Shown here in pieces: positions 7,662-16,920 of a stretch of DNA of 46,180 nucleotides (the stretch's first letter is position 1; every line of letters starts with the position of its first letter). The notes under the pieces were generated by a model, which did not search any database, was not told where the DNA came from, and saw only the letters and a program-made list of their open reading frames with translations. This stretch comes from a virus. The stretch lies in the IMG/VR virus record IMGVR_UViG_3300011915_000001, positions 1 through 46,180 of that record. The stretch is one strand, 5' to 3'. A program made the position numbers and the translations under genes.

Positions 7662-9386
7662 TTATAGCTCCAGCAAGTCGTTAGGGATGCCGACGCGATA
7701 CAGCGCCTCGGTTGTTCCGGTTCGCTCGTCGCGGTACTCGGCAGCAATTTCACGAGAACTGATCTTGAAACGGCGCGGGTAAATCTCGGCCGGCATGTTG
7801 TCGTTCGCGTCGTAGTTGCCGGCGTACCCAGCTCGCTCCTCGTCGTACGGCCCAATGGCGAACCCGGTGAACGGGTCGACCTGACGCCCCCCAAGCTGAG
7901 TACCAAGCAACGGAGTCATTGAAGAGCCGAACGGCGGCAAGCTGGTGTCCGGGCTGGCCGGCACGTCCAGCTGATCACTGGCGCCACCGCCACGCATGAC
8001 GGCGATGCTGAGCGCCGTGACGGCCTCGCCGCTGCCCAGGTTGAACTGGTGCACGATGCGCCGGCACTTGCCTCTAGCGTGCACGCCCTGATCGTTGATC
8101 TCGAGCGTGTGCGAGAGGTCGACGCCCATTGCCAAACTTGCCGGAATCTCCCAGCTGAGCGTCGTTTCGCGGTGGGAGCCGATGATCTGCACCTGCCCCA
8201 TGCGCAGCGCGGTCGCTAGGCCATTGCTACGCCGGCTCTCATCCGACAAATCCTGGCTGCCGGTGCCGCCATCGCGGATCGGATCACTGCCCCAAGTTTC
8301 AGAAATGTCGCGCTCTACGGAGAGCGTGTAGCCGGCACGCTGGACGATGCGCGTCAGTTCGGATTCGCCGGCCGCAGTCGCCAGAACCAGCTTGTAGCTC
8401 TCGGTTACCGTCTGCACCCAACGGCGGGCGCCAGTGAACTGAGCAGACAGCCAGAGGTTGTCGAAGGTGTTGACCCAGCCGTTGCCGTCGCCGCACGGGT
8501 TGGCCATCGACAGTGGCAGCTTGTAGCCGCCGACGCCACCGAGCAGCTGTTGCCCACTGCCGGACACAGCGCTGCTAATCATCTCCGTATCGGGCAGGTC
8601 GGTTGACCATGTCCGCCAGTTACAGAACCCGCTGATGCCGCCGCCCGCGTTGATGTGCGTCCAGGTGTATGGCTCGTTGAGCTGCCACAGCCGCTGATAG
8701 CGATAGCTGAATTCGATCTCAACCCGGTTCGTGGCCGCATCAAGGTCCGACTGCTGCAGCTCGATACGCTGATACAGCGTAGTGCCGGCGCCAAACACGA
8801 AGTTAGGCGCGCCGGCATACCAGCCGCTGACGCGGAGCACGCCATTGGCTGAGCAATCAAGGCTTACGGGGCGAGTACTCAGCCGCTCCTGCGCGTAGTC
8901 CCAATGACTGCGGCCCTCGACCGGCTCAAACAGATCTTCCGACCAGAGCCCACCGACCAGTGTGTTAATGGCCGCAATCGTCATGCCCTCGACCCTCTGT
9001 TGCAGCTGGTCGGAGCATTCGCAGCTCAGCAACCGATTGACCGGATTCCAGTCGGCACGGCTGATCTGTCCGGTATAGCTGCGCGCCTCGGTCGTCTCGC
9101 CCTGCTTCGTGCTGATGTAATCGATGGTGACCGGCTGACCTTTCCAGTCTGGCGGCACGACGGCCACACCCGGAGCGATGTAGAGGTCAAAACCAGCGAT
9201 GCCGGCAGCACCCTCCTCCCGGTCAACCGTGGCCGTGCCAGTCAGTTGAGCCGAGAGGTCCACACCGCCAACCAGCACGCGCAGCGCCCACACGAACGAC
9301 TGGCCGCGCACGATGTACTCCGGCTCGGCAGACGATCCAGCTACGCCATTCAGCGGCACGGAGTTGAGTGGCGAGGCGTTGAGCAT
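7662..9386 (-). CDS. Tail hub / tip protein candidate
   Basis: 574-aa ORF, second gene after the tape measure. Assigned from position only. Confidence 0.45.
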   Translation of the reverse strand: MLNASPLNSVPLNGVAGSSAEPEYIVRGQSFVWALRVLVGGVDLSAQLTGTATVDREEGAAGIAGFDLYIAPGVAVVPPDWKGQPVTIDYISTKQGETTEARSYTGQISRADWNPVNRLLSCECSDQLQQRVEGMTIAAINTLVGGLWSEDLFEPVEGRSHWDYAQERLSTRPVSLDCSANGVLRVSGWYAGAPNFVFGAGTTLYQRIELQQSDLDAATNRVEIEFSYRYQRLWQLNEPYTWTHINAGGGISGFCNWRTWSTDLPDTEMISSAVSGSGQQLLGGVGGYKLPLSMANPCGDGNGWVNTFDNLWLSAQFTGARRWVQTVTESYKLVLATAAGESELTRIVQRAGYTLSVERDISETWGSDPIRDGGTGSQDLSDESRRSNGLATALRMGQVQIIGSHRETTLSWEIPASLAMGVDLSHTLEINDQGVHARGKCRRIVHQFNLGSGEAVTALSIAVMRGGGASDQLDVPASPDTSLPPFGSSMTPLLGTQLGGRQVDPFTGFAIGPYDEERAGYAGNYDANDNMPAEIYPRRFKISSREIAAEYRDERTGTTEALYRVGIPNDLLEL

Positions 9387-9896
9387 TTAGGTTTCTTCCC
9401 AGGTGATGGACCAGCTATGGCTGGCAGTTCCTGAATCCTGCGTTTCGGATGGCCGACGGGCCTTGACGCTGTAGATCGGCATCCAGCAGACGCGGTAGAG
9501 CGATGCTCCGGCGACCGCGGCAACGGTAGCGACGCCATCGGTGACGCTGCAGGCCGTATTGACCCAGTCGTCACCGACCAGCGCCTGAGCCCACGGCGCA
9601 ACATCTGGCCGCGGCGTTCCGCGCAGCGTGTGCGCAAGGCCTGTGCCTGTCACGCTCTGCACTTTGGTGGATCGCAGCTCCAGAGGCTGGCTGTAGTCCA
9701 GGCCGTGCAGCCCTGGGGGCATCCAGCCATTCCCGCTGATCGTCCCGGACACCCGCTCCCAATGCGTCATCGATACCAGCGCGCCGTCACTCATCCGCAG
9801 CGACGTTTCGCCGCCGATGGGCTCCTCGCTCAAAATCGGCGCGCCAGCGTGCAGCACGATCGGCACGCCGCCGAGCATGATTTGAGGTTGTGGCAT
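9387..9896 (-). CDS. Distal tail protein candidate
   Basis: 169-aa ORF immediately after the tape measure. Assigned from position only. Confidence 0.4.
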   Translation of the reverse strand: MPQPQIMLGGVPIVLHAGAPILSEEPIGGETSLRMSDGALVSMTHWERVSGTISGNGWMPPGLHGLDYSQPLELRSTKVQSVTGTGLAHTLRGTPRPDVAPWAQALVGDDWVNTACSVTDGVATVAAVAGASLYRVCWMPIYSVKARRPSETQDSGTASHSWSITWEET

Positions 9897-9898
9897 GG

Positions 9899-12028
9899 TT
9901 AACTCCGGTGAGTGCGGCCGAACTTCTTGGCGGCCAGGCGGATGCCATCTGCTTGACCTGAGTCAGCGAACACCTGGAACACGTCGCCGCCAAGGTTGAT
10001 ATCCAGTGATCCGAGATTGCGCGGGCTGGTGTCCAGGCTCGAGACAGTCCCGACCATGCCGCCGTCGGCAAACCGGGGAATCGGAATGCCGTGGTTGAGC
10101 ATGTCGAGATGTCGCTTGCCCAGCTTGCGCACCGCCGCCGCTCGAATGACGTACTCGCCATTCGAGAGGAGCGCGGGGATGCTGTCGCTAGTGCCGGTGC
10201 CGGGGCCGCTGATATATCCGCCAGTTGCGTACTTTTGCGGCTCGGGGCCAGGGTCTTGCAGGGTGTAAGGCTGGCTGAAGTCGTATTCGGCGCCGACCTT
10301 GACGATGATTTCTCGCTTGGCCAGGGCATCCAGAGCGGCCTGCACCTGTGCCAACGCTGCGTCATCCATCTTTACGCTGACGGGCATATCCTCCAGCGCG
10401 GCGGCTGCCGTCTTGAGGTTGACCATCTCCTGCTTGATGTCGGCAATCTTCTGCTCTGCCCGGCTCTGCTCGATGTCGTTTGCGGCAAGTTCGATGTCGC
10501 GCAGCTCGCCAATGAACCCGGCAAACCCGTAGGTATTTGCGCCGGCCGCCTGCAAGTCTTGCAGCATCTTCAGGGCTGCCTGCGCCTTCGCTTGCGCGCC
10601 TTCTACGTCACCAGCCTGCAACGCCTGACGTGCACCGACCTTCAGAGCCTGAGCGTCACCGTAGGAAGCCTCACCGCCAGCATTCATGCCAGCGATGGCT
10701 TCCTGATACCGCTTTTCAATCTCCAGGCGCTCGTCGCGAACCTTCTTCAGCTCGCTGTTGGCCTTCTTTTCGGCCGATACGAGATCCTTTGCTGCCTTCT
10801 CTGACGCCTTGACCAGTCGGTCCTGCTGCGTCTTCAGTTCTGAGATGTACTTGTTGCGCTCGCTGACTTCCTTCTCGCGGGCAGCCTCTGCAGCTGCGGC
10901 TGCAACATCCGAAAGAAACTGCAGTTCGGCATTCAATCCGGACTGCTGCTCGACAATTGCCGCACGGAACGCAACCAGTGCGTCCTTCTTTGCCTGCAGC
11001 TCTTCGGGCGAGAACAACAGCCCGTCAATCGTAGTGCTCAGCCCTGTGCCTTGCAGGCTGCGGTCAAGATCGGCGATCTGTTGATCAACCTTGTCTAGCT
11101 CGGCGACCATGCCAGACGCATTGGCAGCCACAAAAGCAATCCGCTTGCCCAGGTCAACGAACTCGGAAGCGCCCTCGACGGCCGTGCCGGCAAGAGTCGC
11201 CAGCGCTGATGCCAGCTTGACCAGGTTATCGACCACGACAGGATCGCCAAGCGTCTCGCCGAGGCTGTTGATCGCATCAATCAGCGGCTGCACGTTGGCC
11301 TGGCCTATTGCCTCATTCCACCGATCAGACAGGGCAGTCATGGCCCCGCCGATTGTTTCAGGCAGAGATTCAGCTTCAGTGCGCAGCACGTCCAACTGCT
11401 CGACTAAGGCGGAAGTCACCACGTCAGCGGTGAGCAGGCCCTGTGCGGCCATTTCCTTCAGCGCACCAACCGGAACGCCTAGCGAGTCAGCCAGCGCCTG
11501 CATTAGGCGAGGAGCCTGTTCGGCGACACTGTTGAACTCTTCACCGCGCAGAGCGCCAGAGCCTAGGGCCTGCGCAAATTGAATCACCCCATTTTCGGCT
11601 TCCTGCGCGCTTGCACCGGAGACGCGGAACGATGTTGCGACCGCCTCGGTTACAGCCAGGATGTCTTTCTGACTACGGCCTGCTTCTTTCAGCGGTCGAC
11701 TGATGCGCTGGTACAGGGTTGCCAAAGACTCGAGCGGGGCCTGCGTTGCAGTGGCGATGCGTCGCAGTTCGGACTGCGCGGTGTTGAACTCTTCCTGAGA
11801 GCTGGTCGCCAGCTTCAGGCGAGCATTCATCAGGTTGTAGCTGTCGGCCGCATTGGCAATGCCGCGCACAGCACCAGTCAGAGCGGACACCGAGAAGACG
11901 CCGATCAGTGCCTTTCCGGCCGTGGCCAGCTGCTTGTTCATGCTGTTGAGCTGGCTGTTTACTTCGTCGAACGCCTTCTTTGAGTTGTTCTTGCCGTCGA
12001 TGACCAGCTGGGTTTTGACCTGGGCCAT
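9899..12028 (-). CDS. Tail tape measure protein
   Basis: 709 aa, Ala/Leu/Gln-rich and helical. It follows the frameshifted chaperone pair, and its size fits a siphovirus tail. Confidence 0.85.
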   Translation of the reverse strand: MAQVKTQLVIDGKNNSKKAFDEVNSQLNSMNKQLATAGKALIGVFSVSALTGAVRGIANAADSYNLMNARLKLATSSQEEFNTAQSELRRIATATQAPLESLATLYQRISRPLKEAGRSQKDILAVTEAVATSFRVSGASAQEAENGVIQFAQALGSGALRGEEFNSVAEQAPRLMQALADSLGVPVGALKEMAAQGLLTADVVTSALVEQLDVLRTEAESLPETIGGAMTALSDRWNEAIGQANVQPLIDAINSLGETLGDPVVVDNLVKLASALATLAGTAVEGASEFVDLGKRIAFVAANASGMVAELDKVDQQIADLDRSLQGTGLSTTIDGLLFSPEELQAKKDALVAFRAAIVEQQSGLNAELQFLSDVAAAAAEAAREKEVSERNKYISELKTQQDRLVKASEKAAKDLVSAEKKANSELKKVRDERLEIEKRYQEAIAGMNAGGEASYGDAQALKVGARQALQAGDVEGAQAKAQAALKMLQDLQAAGANTYGFAGFIGELRDIELAANDIEQSRAEQKIADIKQEMVNLKTAAAALEDMPVSVKMDDAALAQVQAALDALAKREIIVKVGAEYDFSQPYTLQDPGPEPQKYATGGYISGPGTGTSDSIPALLSNGEYVIRAAAVRKLGKRHLDMLNHGIPIPRFADGGMVGTVSSLDTSPRNLGSLDINLGGDVFQVFADSGQADGIRLAAKKFGRTHRS

Positions 12029-12570
12029 TTAGGCGAGCTCCTTGATCAAGCGTTTGAAGTCTTCGGGCTTGGCATTCGCCGCACGCGCGGCGATCAGCGC
12101 GGCCCGGTTAGCTGCACGGTCTTCCTGATCAATCGCAGCCAGGAATGTCTCGATCTGCCGCAGGCTGTATTCCTGCACGTCAGCCAAGGCATGGCCGGCG
12201 CCAATCAGTCGCTGGACGACGGAGCCCCACTCAGCGCCCTTACCATTGCCGGCAGGGCTTCGCCGAAAAAACTTGAATTGACCCGCACCACCTCGACGAA
12301 AAGCTGGACGGAGACGGTCGCCGGCAGGAACCACAACTGCCAGCGCTTGAGGCTGGTCGTTGCCAGAAGCACCTGACGCAGTTCGCGGCTGTGCGTGGCG
12401 GCATAGCGGTTGATCTGCTGGACGCTGGCCTGGCTGAACAGTTCCACCAGGGCGCCGGCCGACTTGCCGTAGCGCTCGAAGTGGCGCAGCTTCACCGGAA
12501 GGATCTGCACGTCACGACCCATCACCTCTACGGTGACCGGTTCAGGAAACAGGATTTGCAGGTCTGACAT
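12029..12570 (-). CDS. Tail assembly chaperone frameshift product (gpGT-like, -1 frameshift)
   Basis: Reading AGT TTT TTC GGC in frame 0 and slipping -1 at T TTT TTC gives ...FFRRSPAGNGKGAEWG..., which is exactly the 12029..12334 ORF sequence. Confidence 0.7.
12205..12570 (-). CDS. Tail assembly chaperone (gpG-like)
   Basis: 121-aa ORF between the major tail region and the tape measure. It contains the slippery site near its 3' end. Confidence 0.75.
   Translation of the reverse strand: MSDLQILFPEPVTVEVMGRDVQILPVKLRHFERYGKSAGALVELFSQASVQQINRYAATHSRELRQVLLATTSLKRWQLWFLPATVSVQLFVEVVRVNSSFFGEALPAMVRALSGAPSSSD
12265..12271 (-). promoter_or_regulatory. Slippery heptamer T-TTT-TTC for the programmed -1 frameshift
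   Basis: Plus strand reads GAAAAAA. The minus strand gives an X-XXY-YYZ heptamer in the gpG reading frame. Confidence 0.7.
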
Positions 12571-12588
12571 GACTTTTCCTTGGGCAAT

Positions 12589-12609
12589 AAAAAACCCGCC
12601 GAAGCGGGT
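12589..12609 (-). terminator. Intrinsic terminator after the DUF4124 moron
   Basis: Minus strand reads ACCCGC-ttcg-GCGGGT followed by a T-run. Confidence 0.75.
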
Positions 12610-12627
12610 CTGTGTGTTTGGGCCTGG

Positions 12628-13068
12628 CTAGCAGGCGACCGGGACTTTTATGCGCTGAGCGCATCCTACGATTCCGCCCTTCTTGCTAGGTCTCGAACAG
12701 TTAACTAGCTTATCGACCATCTTTATGCACGGCTGCGCAGGTCCGACCGATCGCCTGACTGGCGCTTCTCTCTGCGCCGCGCTTTCGATCGGCAGCGTTC
12801 TCGGCTGAGGCTGGCCAACTATCGTCAGTTCTTTTGCTTGCGGAATGGCGGCGCGCAACCTGTTCGGGTCAGCCATCTGGACCGGCGCGCTACTTCCACT
12901 GATGGTCGGGTTATGAGCGCGTACAGCACCATCGGCGATGCTGCCGCCAGGACAGTTTGCGTTCTGCGTGAAGGTGACGCGGCCCTGCGAGTCGACGCAC
13001 TTGGAAATGCTGGCAGCGCTGGCTTGCACCGACAGCAGAGCGATCAGAATGAAGCCAAGACTTCGCAT
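12628..13068 (-). CDS. Secreted DUF4124-like protein (moron inside the tail module)
   Basis: ATG 13068 has RBS GGGAGGGAA. Signal peptide MRSLGFILIALLSVQASAAS is followed by the DUF4124-type motif KCVDSQGRVTFTQ. The gene has its own terminator. Confidence 0.65.
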   Translation of the reverse strand: MRSLGFILIALLSVQASAASISKCVDSQGRVTFTQNANCPGGSIADGAVRAHNPTISGSSAPVQMADPNRLRAAIPQAKELTIVGQPQPRTLPIESAAQREAPVRRSVGPAQPCIKMVDKLVNCSRPSKKGGIVGCAQRIKVPVAC

Positions 13069-13116
13069 AAGGTTCCCTCCCATTAATGAGGGAAATCTAC
13101 CACGGCGCACGCGCCA

Positions 13117-13139
13117 AAGCCCACCGATCCGATGGGCTT
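13117..13139 (-). terminator. Weak hairpin after the major tail gene
   Basis: AAGCCCA-9 nt-TGGGCTT, but the downstream T-run is poor. Confidence 0.3.
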
Positions 13140-13151
13140 GGACTCGGGCGC

Positions 13152-13679
13152 TTAGGCGATGGTGTCCATCTCGACCTTGAAGAACTGCGACAGGCCAGCG
13201 GTCACGATGCTGGTGTCGATCAAGACTTCCCCGGTGATCTCCAGCGCGCCGAACTCGTCACCGATGAAGCCGAGGCCTTGGGCGGCGCCGATCTTCGCGC
13301 GATGCACGGTCACCGTCACGGTCTTGCCGGTGGCAGCCTCGTTCACGCCGGCGAATACCATCTCGAACGTCTGCGCGCCAGTGGTCAGTGCCTCGATCGT
13401 GGCAGTGTTGTTGACGGTGTCCTCGGTCACGGTGCCAAACAGCACCATCGCCAGGTTCTCCGGGCTCAGGTCGTGCAGCGTGGCCGTGAACTCGACCGAC
13501 TCGATGCGGTTCACCTGAGCATAGGTGCCGCCGCCAGCTGTCCGGTAGTTCGGCAGCTTGATGATGTTCTCGTTGATATTGAAGTTGAGCGCGGACACGT
13601 TGCCCACGTCGACGGCAGTGCCGCCAGCTTCAGGCGTGAGGGATACGATGCCCTTGCCCATGTATGCGTAGTTGGCCAT
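13152..13679 (-). CDS. Major tail (tube) protein
   Basis: ATG 13679 has RBS GAGGAAAA. 175 aa, positioned between the connector genes and the chaperones. Confidence 0.65.
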   Translation of the reverse strand: MANYAYMGKGIVSLTPEAGGTAVDVGNVSALNFNINENIIKLPNYRTAGGGTYAQVNRIESVEFTATLHDLSPENLAMVLFGTVTEDTVNNTATIEALTTGAQTFEMVFAGVNEAATGKTVTVTVHRAKIGAAQGLGFIGDEFGALEITGEVLIDTSIVTAGLSQFFKVEMDTIA

Positions 13680-13698
13680 GCGAGTTTTCCTCAGGCAT

Positions 13699-13721
13699 AA
13701 AAAAACCCGCACGCGGCGGGC
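13699..13721 (-). terminator. Intrinsic terminator upstream of the major tail gene
   Basis: Minus strand reads AAGCCCGC-cgcgt-GCGGGTT followed by a T-run (T7 in total). Confidence 0.7.
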
Positions 13722-13740
13722 TTGATGTTGGGGTTTGGCG

Positions 13741-14196
13741 CTATGGCCGGATGTTCAGTGCCAGCTGGATCGGTAGCATCACGCTCGACGCCCTTTCGCC
13801 GTTGCCGGGCGGGAAGTGCTCGGATGTTGAAAGTGACACGCGCACCGTGCCTTGCGGCATCCAGCTGATCGGCGGCCCTTTCGGCGTGATTAGGCAGCGG
13901 ATCAGGTCAAGCTCAATGTCCTCCAGCGCACTGTCGTAGTCGTCCAGGCCAGCGTCGACTGCGCCAATGACGCAGAAGCTGGGCGCAAGCTGGATAACAC
14001 CAGGACCTTCGACCGGATCTCCGCCTTTCGCCTTCTGCAAGCAGATCAGCGGGAATGTCGTCGAGTCCGACTCCAGAATCTCGCTGAACCAGCCCGTCTT
14101 CACGTTCTGCCCAGCATTCGTCCGGTAGCCATTGGCAACCGTGATCGTCTGCAGCCTGGCCACAAGAGCCAGACGCGCTTCGGTGAGAATGTTCAT
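13741..14196 (-). CDS. Tail terminator / tail completion protein candidate
   Basis: 151 aa. The position is equivalent to lambda Z/U, just before the tube gene. Confidence 0.45.
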   Translation of the reverse strand: MNILTEARLALVARLQTITVANGYRTNAGQNVKTGWFSEILESDSTTFPLICLQKAKGGDPVEGPGVIQLAPSFCVIGAVDAGLDDYDSALEDIELDLIRCLITPKGPPISWMPQGTVRVSLSTSEHFPPGNGERASSVMLPIQLALNIRP

Positions 14197-14504
14197 CGGG
14201 ACTCCATGCAGGCCGCGGTGACGAAGTAGCCGTCATCGGAGATGATCTCTTCGACGACGTAGCGGCAGCGCTCAAAGATGAAGATGCCGCCACGTTGGAC
14301 GCCATCGAGTTCAGCCTTGCGCCAGCTGAAGCCGGTGCTATCGGATCGGAACAGCCCTTCGGGTCCGTTCTGTACCAAGTTTCGCTCGATCATTACCGTG
14401 ACGTTGCGGGGCTGCTGACCAGGGCCGCGGTATTCCGCGACCCCGTCATTCAGCTTGGCCAGCACGCTCCGGTCCATCCGGTCGCGCATCGCTGCCCAAC
14501 TCAT
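14193..14504 (-). CDS. Head-tail joining protein candidate (FII-like position)
   Basis: 103 aa, ATGA-coupled, positioned between the head and tail genes. Confidence 0.4.
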   Translation of the reverse strand: MSWAAMRDRMDRSVLAKLNDGVAEYRGPGQQPRNVTVMIERNLVQNGPEGLFRSDSTGFSWRKAELDGVQRGGIFIFERCRYVVEEIISDDGYFVTAACMESR

Positions 14505-14508
14505 GGGC

Positions 14509-14859
14509 TTACGCCGTTACCGGGTGGCCGAGCGAGCCGTTCAGGCGCACAACGCCAGTGGCGGACGGGTTGGCAGCCGCCTTCACGGCAACGCCGATCA
14601 GGTAATTGCCGGTTCCGGCCACGTTGGTGGCAAGGCCGCTGGCAGCGATCATGTAGACCGGCTGGCCGACTTCCCACGCCTGGGCGCTGGTCTTGGCAAC
14701 CTCGAAGACGCCGGAGGTCTTGACCTCGACTTCGTCGCCAATGGCAGCATCGGTCGCAGCGACACCGACCAGGCTGTTCGCGCGAACCAGCTGGCCGGAA
14801 GTGACGGCGGCGGCGGCCACGAGGGTGATCATGTCGCCGTGTTGAATGAAGTTCTTCAT
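14509..14859 (-). CDS. DUF2190-family head protein (decoration-like)
   Basis: ATG 14859 has RBS GAGGAGGGAA. MKNFIQHGDMITL...GQLV...VGVA resembles the conserved DUF2190 pattern found right after phage capsid genes. Confidence 0.6.
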   Translation of the reverse strand: MKNFIQHGDMITLVAAAAVTSGQLVRANSLVGVAATDAAIGDEVEVKTSGVFEVAKTSAQAWEVGQPVYMIAASGLATNVAGTGNYLIGVAVKAAANPSATGVVRLNGSLGHPVTA

Positions 14860-14888
14860 CGTTCCCTCCTCGGGATACAGAAAACAGA

Positions 14889-14911
14889 GAGGGCGCCGCA
14901 ATGGGCGCCCT
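14889..14911 (-). terminator. Hairpin/terminator-like element after the capsid gene
   Basis: Minus strand reads AGGGCGCC-cattgc-GGCGCCCT followed by CTCTGTTTTCTG. Confidence 0.45.
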
Positions 14912-14928
14912 TGTCAGGTCACGGCGAG

Positions 14929-16920
14929 TTAGGCGCCAGCGTTCTTGTAGGCGCCGCGGTAGTCGATCCAGGCAGCACCGAAGACCAAGCGAGCCTTGAT
15001 CTCCATGCCGTCAACCTCGAAGCCCTCGCGGGTTTCGGTGAACACGCCCTGCTCCCCTTCCAGGTAGGCATATTCGAAGGTGTCGACCAGGCCCGGAGCG
15101 GCGTACAGGTACCACTGGTTGCCGGTGATGCGCGCATCGACGATGACCTGCAGCGAAGCGTTGCGGCTGTCGTTGATGTCGGCGTTCTTGGCCGGCACGT
15201 AGTTGGAGCTGGTGAACCGGTAGGCTTCCAGCTCCTTGTCCGGGCCGACGACCAGGTATTCCGGGCCGAGGTTGAGGAAGTGGCCAGCCTTGGACTTCTG
15301 CTTGCGCATTGCAGCGCGAGCAGCGGCCAGGGTAGTGGTGTTGATCGCGCCACCGCTGGCAGCAAGGTTGCCGTGGTCGTCGTGGAACACTGCTTTGCCA
15401 TCGACGAAGTTCGGGTTGCCCAGCAGCAGGTTCCAGACCACATCCGACTCGGTCTGAGCAGCAGCAGCGCCCAGCGCCTGCGGAATGCGGGTCATGGCCG
15501 ACAGGTCGTCGTTCACGATGGCTTCCCAGGTGATGGCGATGATCTTACCGAACTTGCCGACCTTCAGCGGGGCGCCTTCTTCGCCCAGCGAGCCGTACTT
15601 GTACTCGCCGTGCTCGTTGACCTTCTCCAGCGCAGCGATGTCGCCCAGCGCCACGCGGCTGACTTCGCGGAAGTCGGACACGGTGGTCTGACGGCCAAGC
15701 GGGCGCCAAGTTTGAGGAGCCAGTGCGTAGGCATCGCGCAGGGTGCGGTTGACAGTCGAGCCAAGCAGGATCGGGAAGTCGCTGGTGGTGTGCATGCCGG
15801 CAGCGCGGACAGCGGTGCGGTCGCAGCCCAAGGCGGCGCGGGCGATTTCCTGCGGGGTCATGCCGCGGGCGTTACCGCCTGCCATCTCGACGGACTCGCG
15901 GGCCATGTCGATCAGGCGCATGCCGCGGAACTCGCGGGCGTCGTCTTCCAACTTGATGCTCGGGTTGCAGCGAGCGAGCAGAGCGTTCTGCATGGCGCCA
16001 CGCTTGGCAGCGACCACGGAAGCATCGACGCCGGAGGTGACAACGGTCGGCTGAGCGCTGCGGGTGTTCGGCTGGTCGGAAGCCTGGCGCTCGGCCAGCT
16101 TGTCGATCATTGCAGCGCTGGCTTCGTTGGAGCTGATGCCGCGAGCGATCAGGTCGTCGGCGAACTCGTCGGCGATGCCAACCTTCTTGGCCATGCTGCG
16201 GATGGTGAGGCAGCGCTTACGCTCTGCTTCGATTGCGGCCTGGCTTTGATCTTCGGCCGCGCGGGTTTCGTCGGTCATTTCGTTTTCCTCTTGGGTTTCA
16301 GTGGCCACGGCGGCCGGTTGCTCGGGGGCCTGTTCGGCTTCCCGGATTTCGAATTGCGTGTTGAAGCGCTGGCCGGGGTAATCGGCCGGGGTCTTGGCGC
16401 TGCGAATGTTCGCACCGTCGTCAAAAGCGATTGGGACGATGGAAAGCTCCAACGGCTCCCAGTCAATGGCCTTATAGGTAGGCATTGCTTCGTTATCGCT
16501 CTCGGTGACCATGTATCGATGCACCGTGTACTTAACGCTGATCTTCCGCAGGATCTTGTCCTGCACATCTTGGAAAATCTTCTCAGCGTCATCGCGCTTG
16601 CTGAATCGCACCAGTGCGTGACCTTCTCCACCCGATATCCAGGCGCGCTCAACGACGCCAATAACGTCGTCTAAGTCGTCCGCCTTGTGGGTATTCAGCA
16701 ACGGCGCGCCGTTGTTCAGCCGGTCAAGGCGTACCGCCTGCTCGGTGACCTCTAGCTCCTCCATGTAGCTGCCGACGTCCCATGCCCATCGATGCCCCTT
16801 GGCGCCGGTTGTCCAGATCAGCTCGACAGTTCTAGCCTCAACGTCGATAGATCCTTCGCGCACGGCAGCGCGCAGACTGAGCATCGGCGTCTCAAGCGTC
16901 TTGATCGTCGCTTCCGTCAT
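14929..16920 (-). CDS. Prohead protease - major capsid protein fusion (HK97-type)
   Basis: 663 aa. The N-terminal ~190 aa resemble HK97-type prohead protease. An acidic linker follows (EAEQAPEQPAAVATETQEENEMTDETRAAEDQSQ), then a capsid-like C-terminal ~400 aa. No separate protease or capsid gene is present. Confidence 0.75.
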   Translation of the reverse strand: MTEATIKTLETPMLSLRAAVREGSIDVEARTVELIWTTGAKGHRWAWDVGSYMEELEVTEQAVRLDRLNNGAPLLNTHKADDLDDVIGVVERAWISGGEGHALVRFSKRDDAEKIFQDVQDKILRKISVKYTVHRYMVTESDNEAMPTYKAIDWEPLELSIVPIAFDDGANIRSAKTPADYPGQRFNTQFEIREAEQAPEQPAAVATETQEENEMTDETRAAEDQSQAAIEAERKRCLTIRSMAKKVGIADEFADDLIARGISSNEASAAMIDKLAERQASDQPNTRSAQPTVVTSGVDASVVAAKRGAMQNALLARCNPSIKLEDDAREFRGMRLIDMARESVEMAGGNARGMTPQEIARAALGCDRTAVRAAGMHTTSDFPILLGSTVNRTLRDAYALAPQTWRPLGRQTTVSDFREVSRVALGDIAALEKVNEHGEYKYGSLGEEGAPLKVGKFGKIIAITWEAIVNDDLSAMTRIPQALGAAAAQTESDVVWNLLLGNPNFVDGKAVFHDDHGNLAASGGAINTTTLAAARAAMRKQKSKAGHFLNLGPEYLVVGPDKELEAYRFTSSNYVPAKNADINDSRNASLQVIVDARITGNQWYLYAAPGLVDTFEYAYLEGEQGVFTETREGFEVDGMEIKARLVFGAAWIDYRGAYKNAGA

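Noticed and set aside
14455-16674. 739-aa plus-strand ORF
   Set aside because: It lies antisense to the protease-capsid gene. The product is low-complexity and Gly/Ala/Val/Arg-rich, as expected for the reverse frame of a high-GC gene, with no RBS or operon context. The same reasoning applies to 18881..20722 (+), which is antisense to the terminase, and 29046..30518 (+), which is antisense to dnaB.
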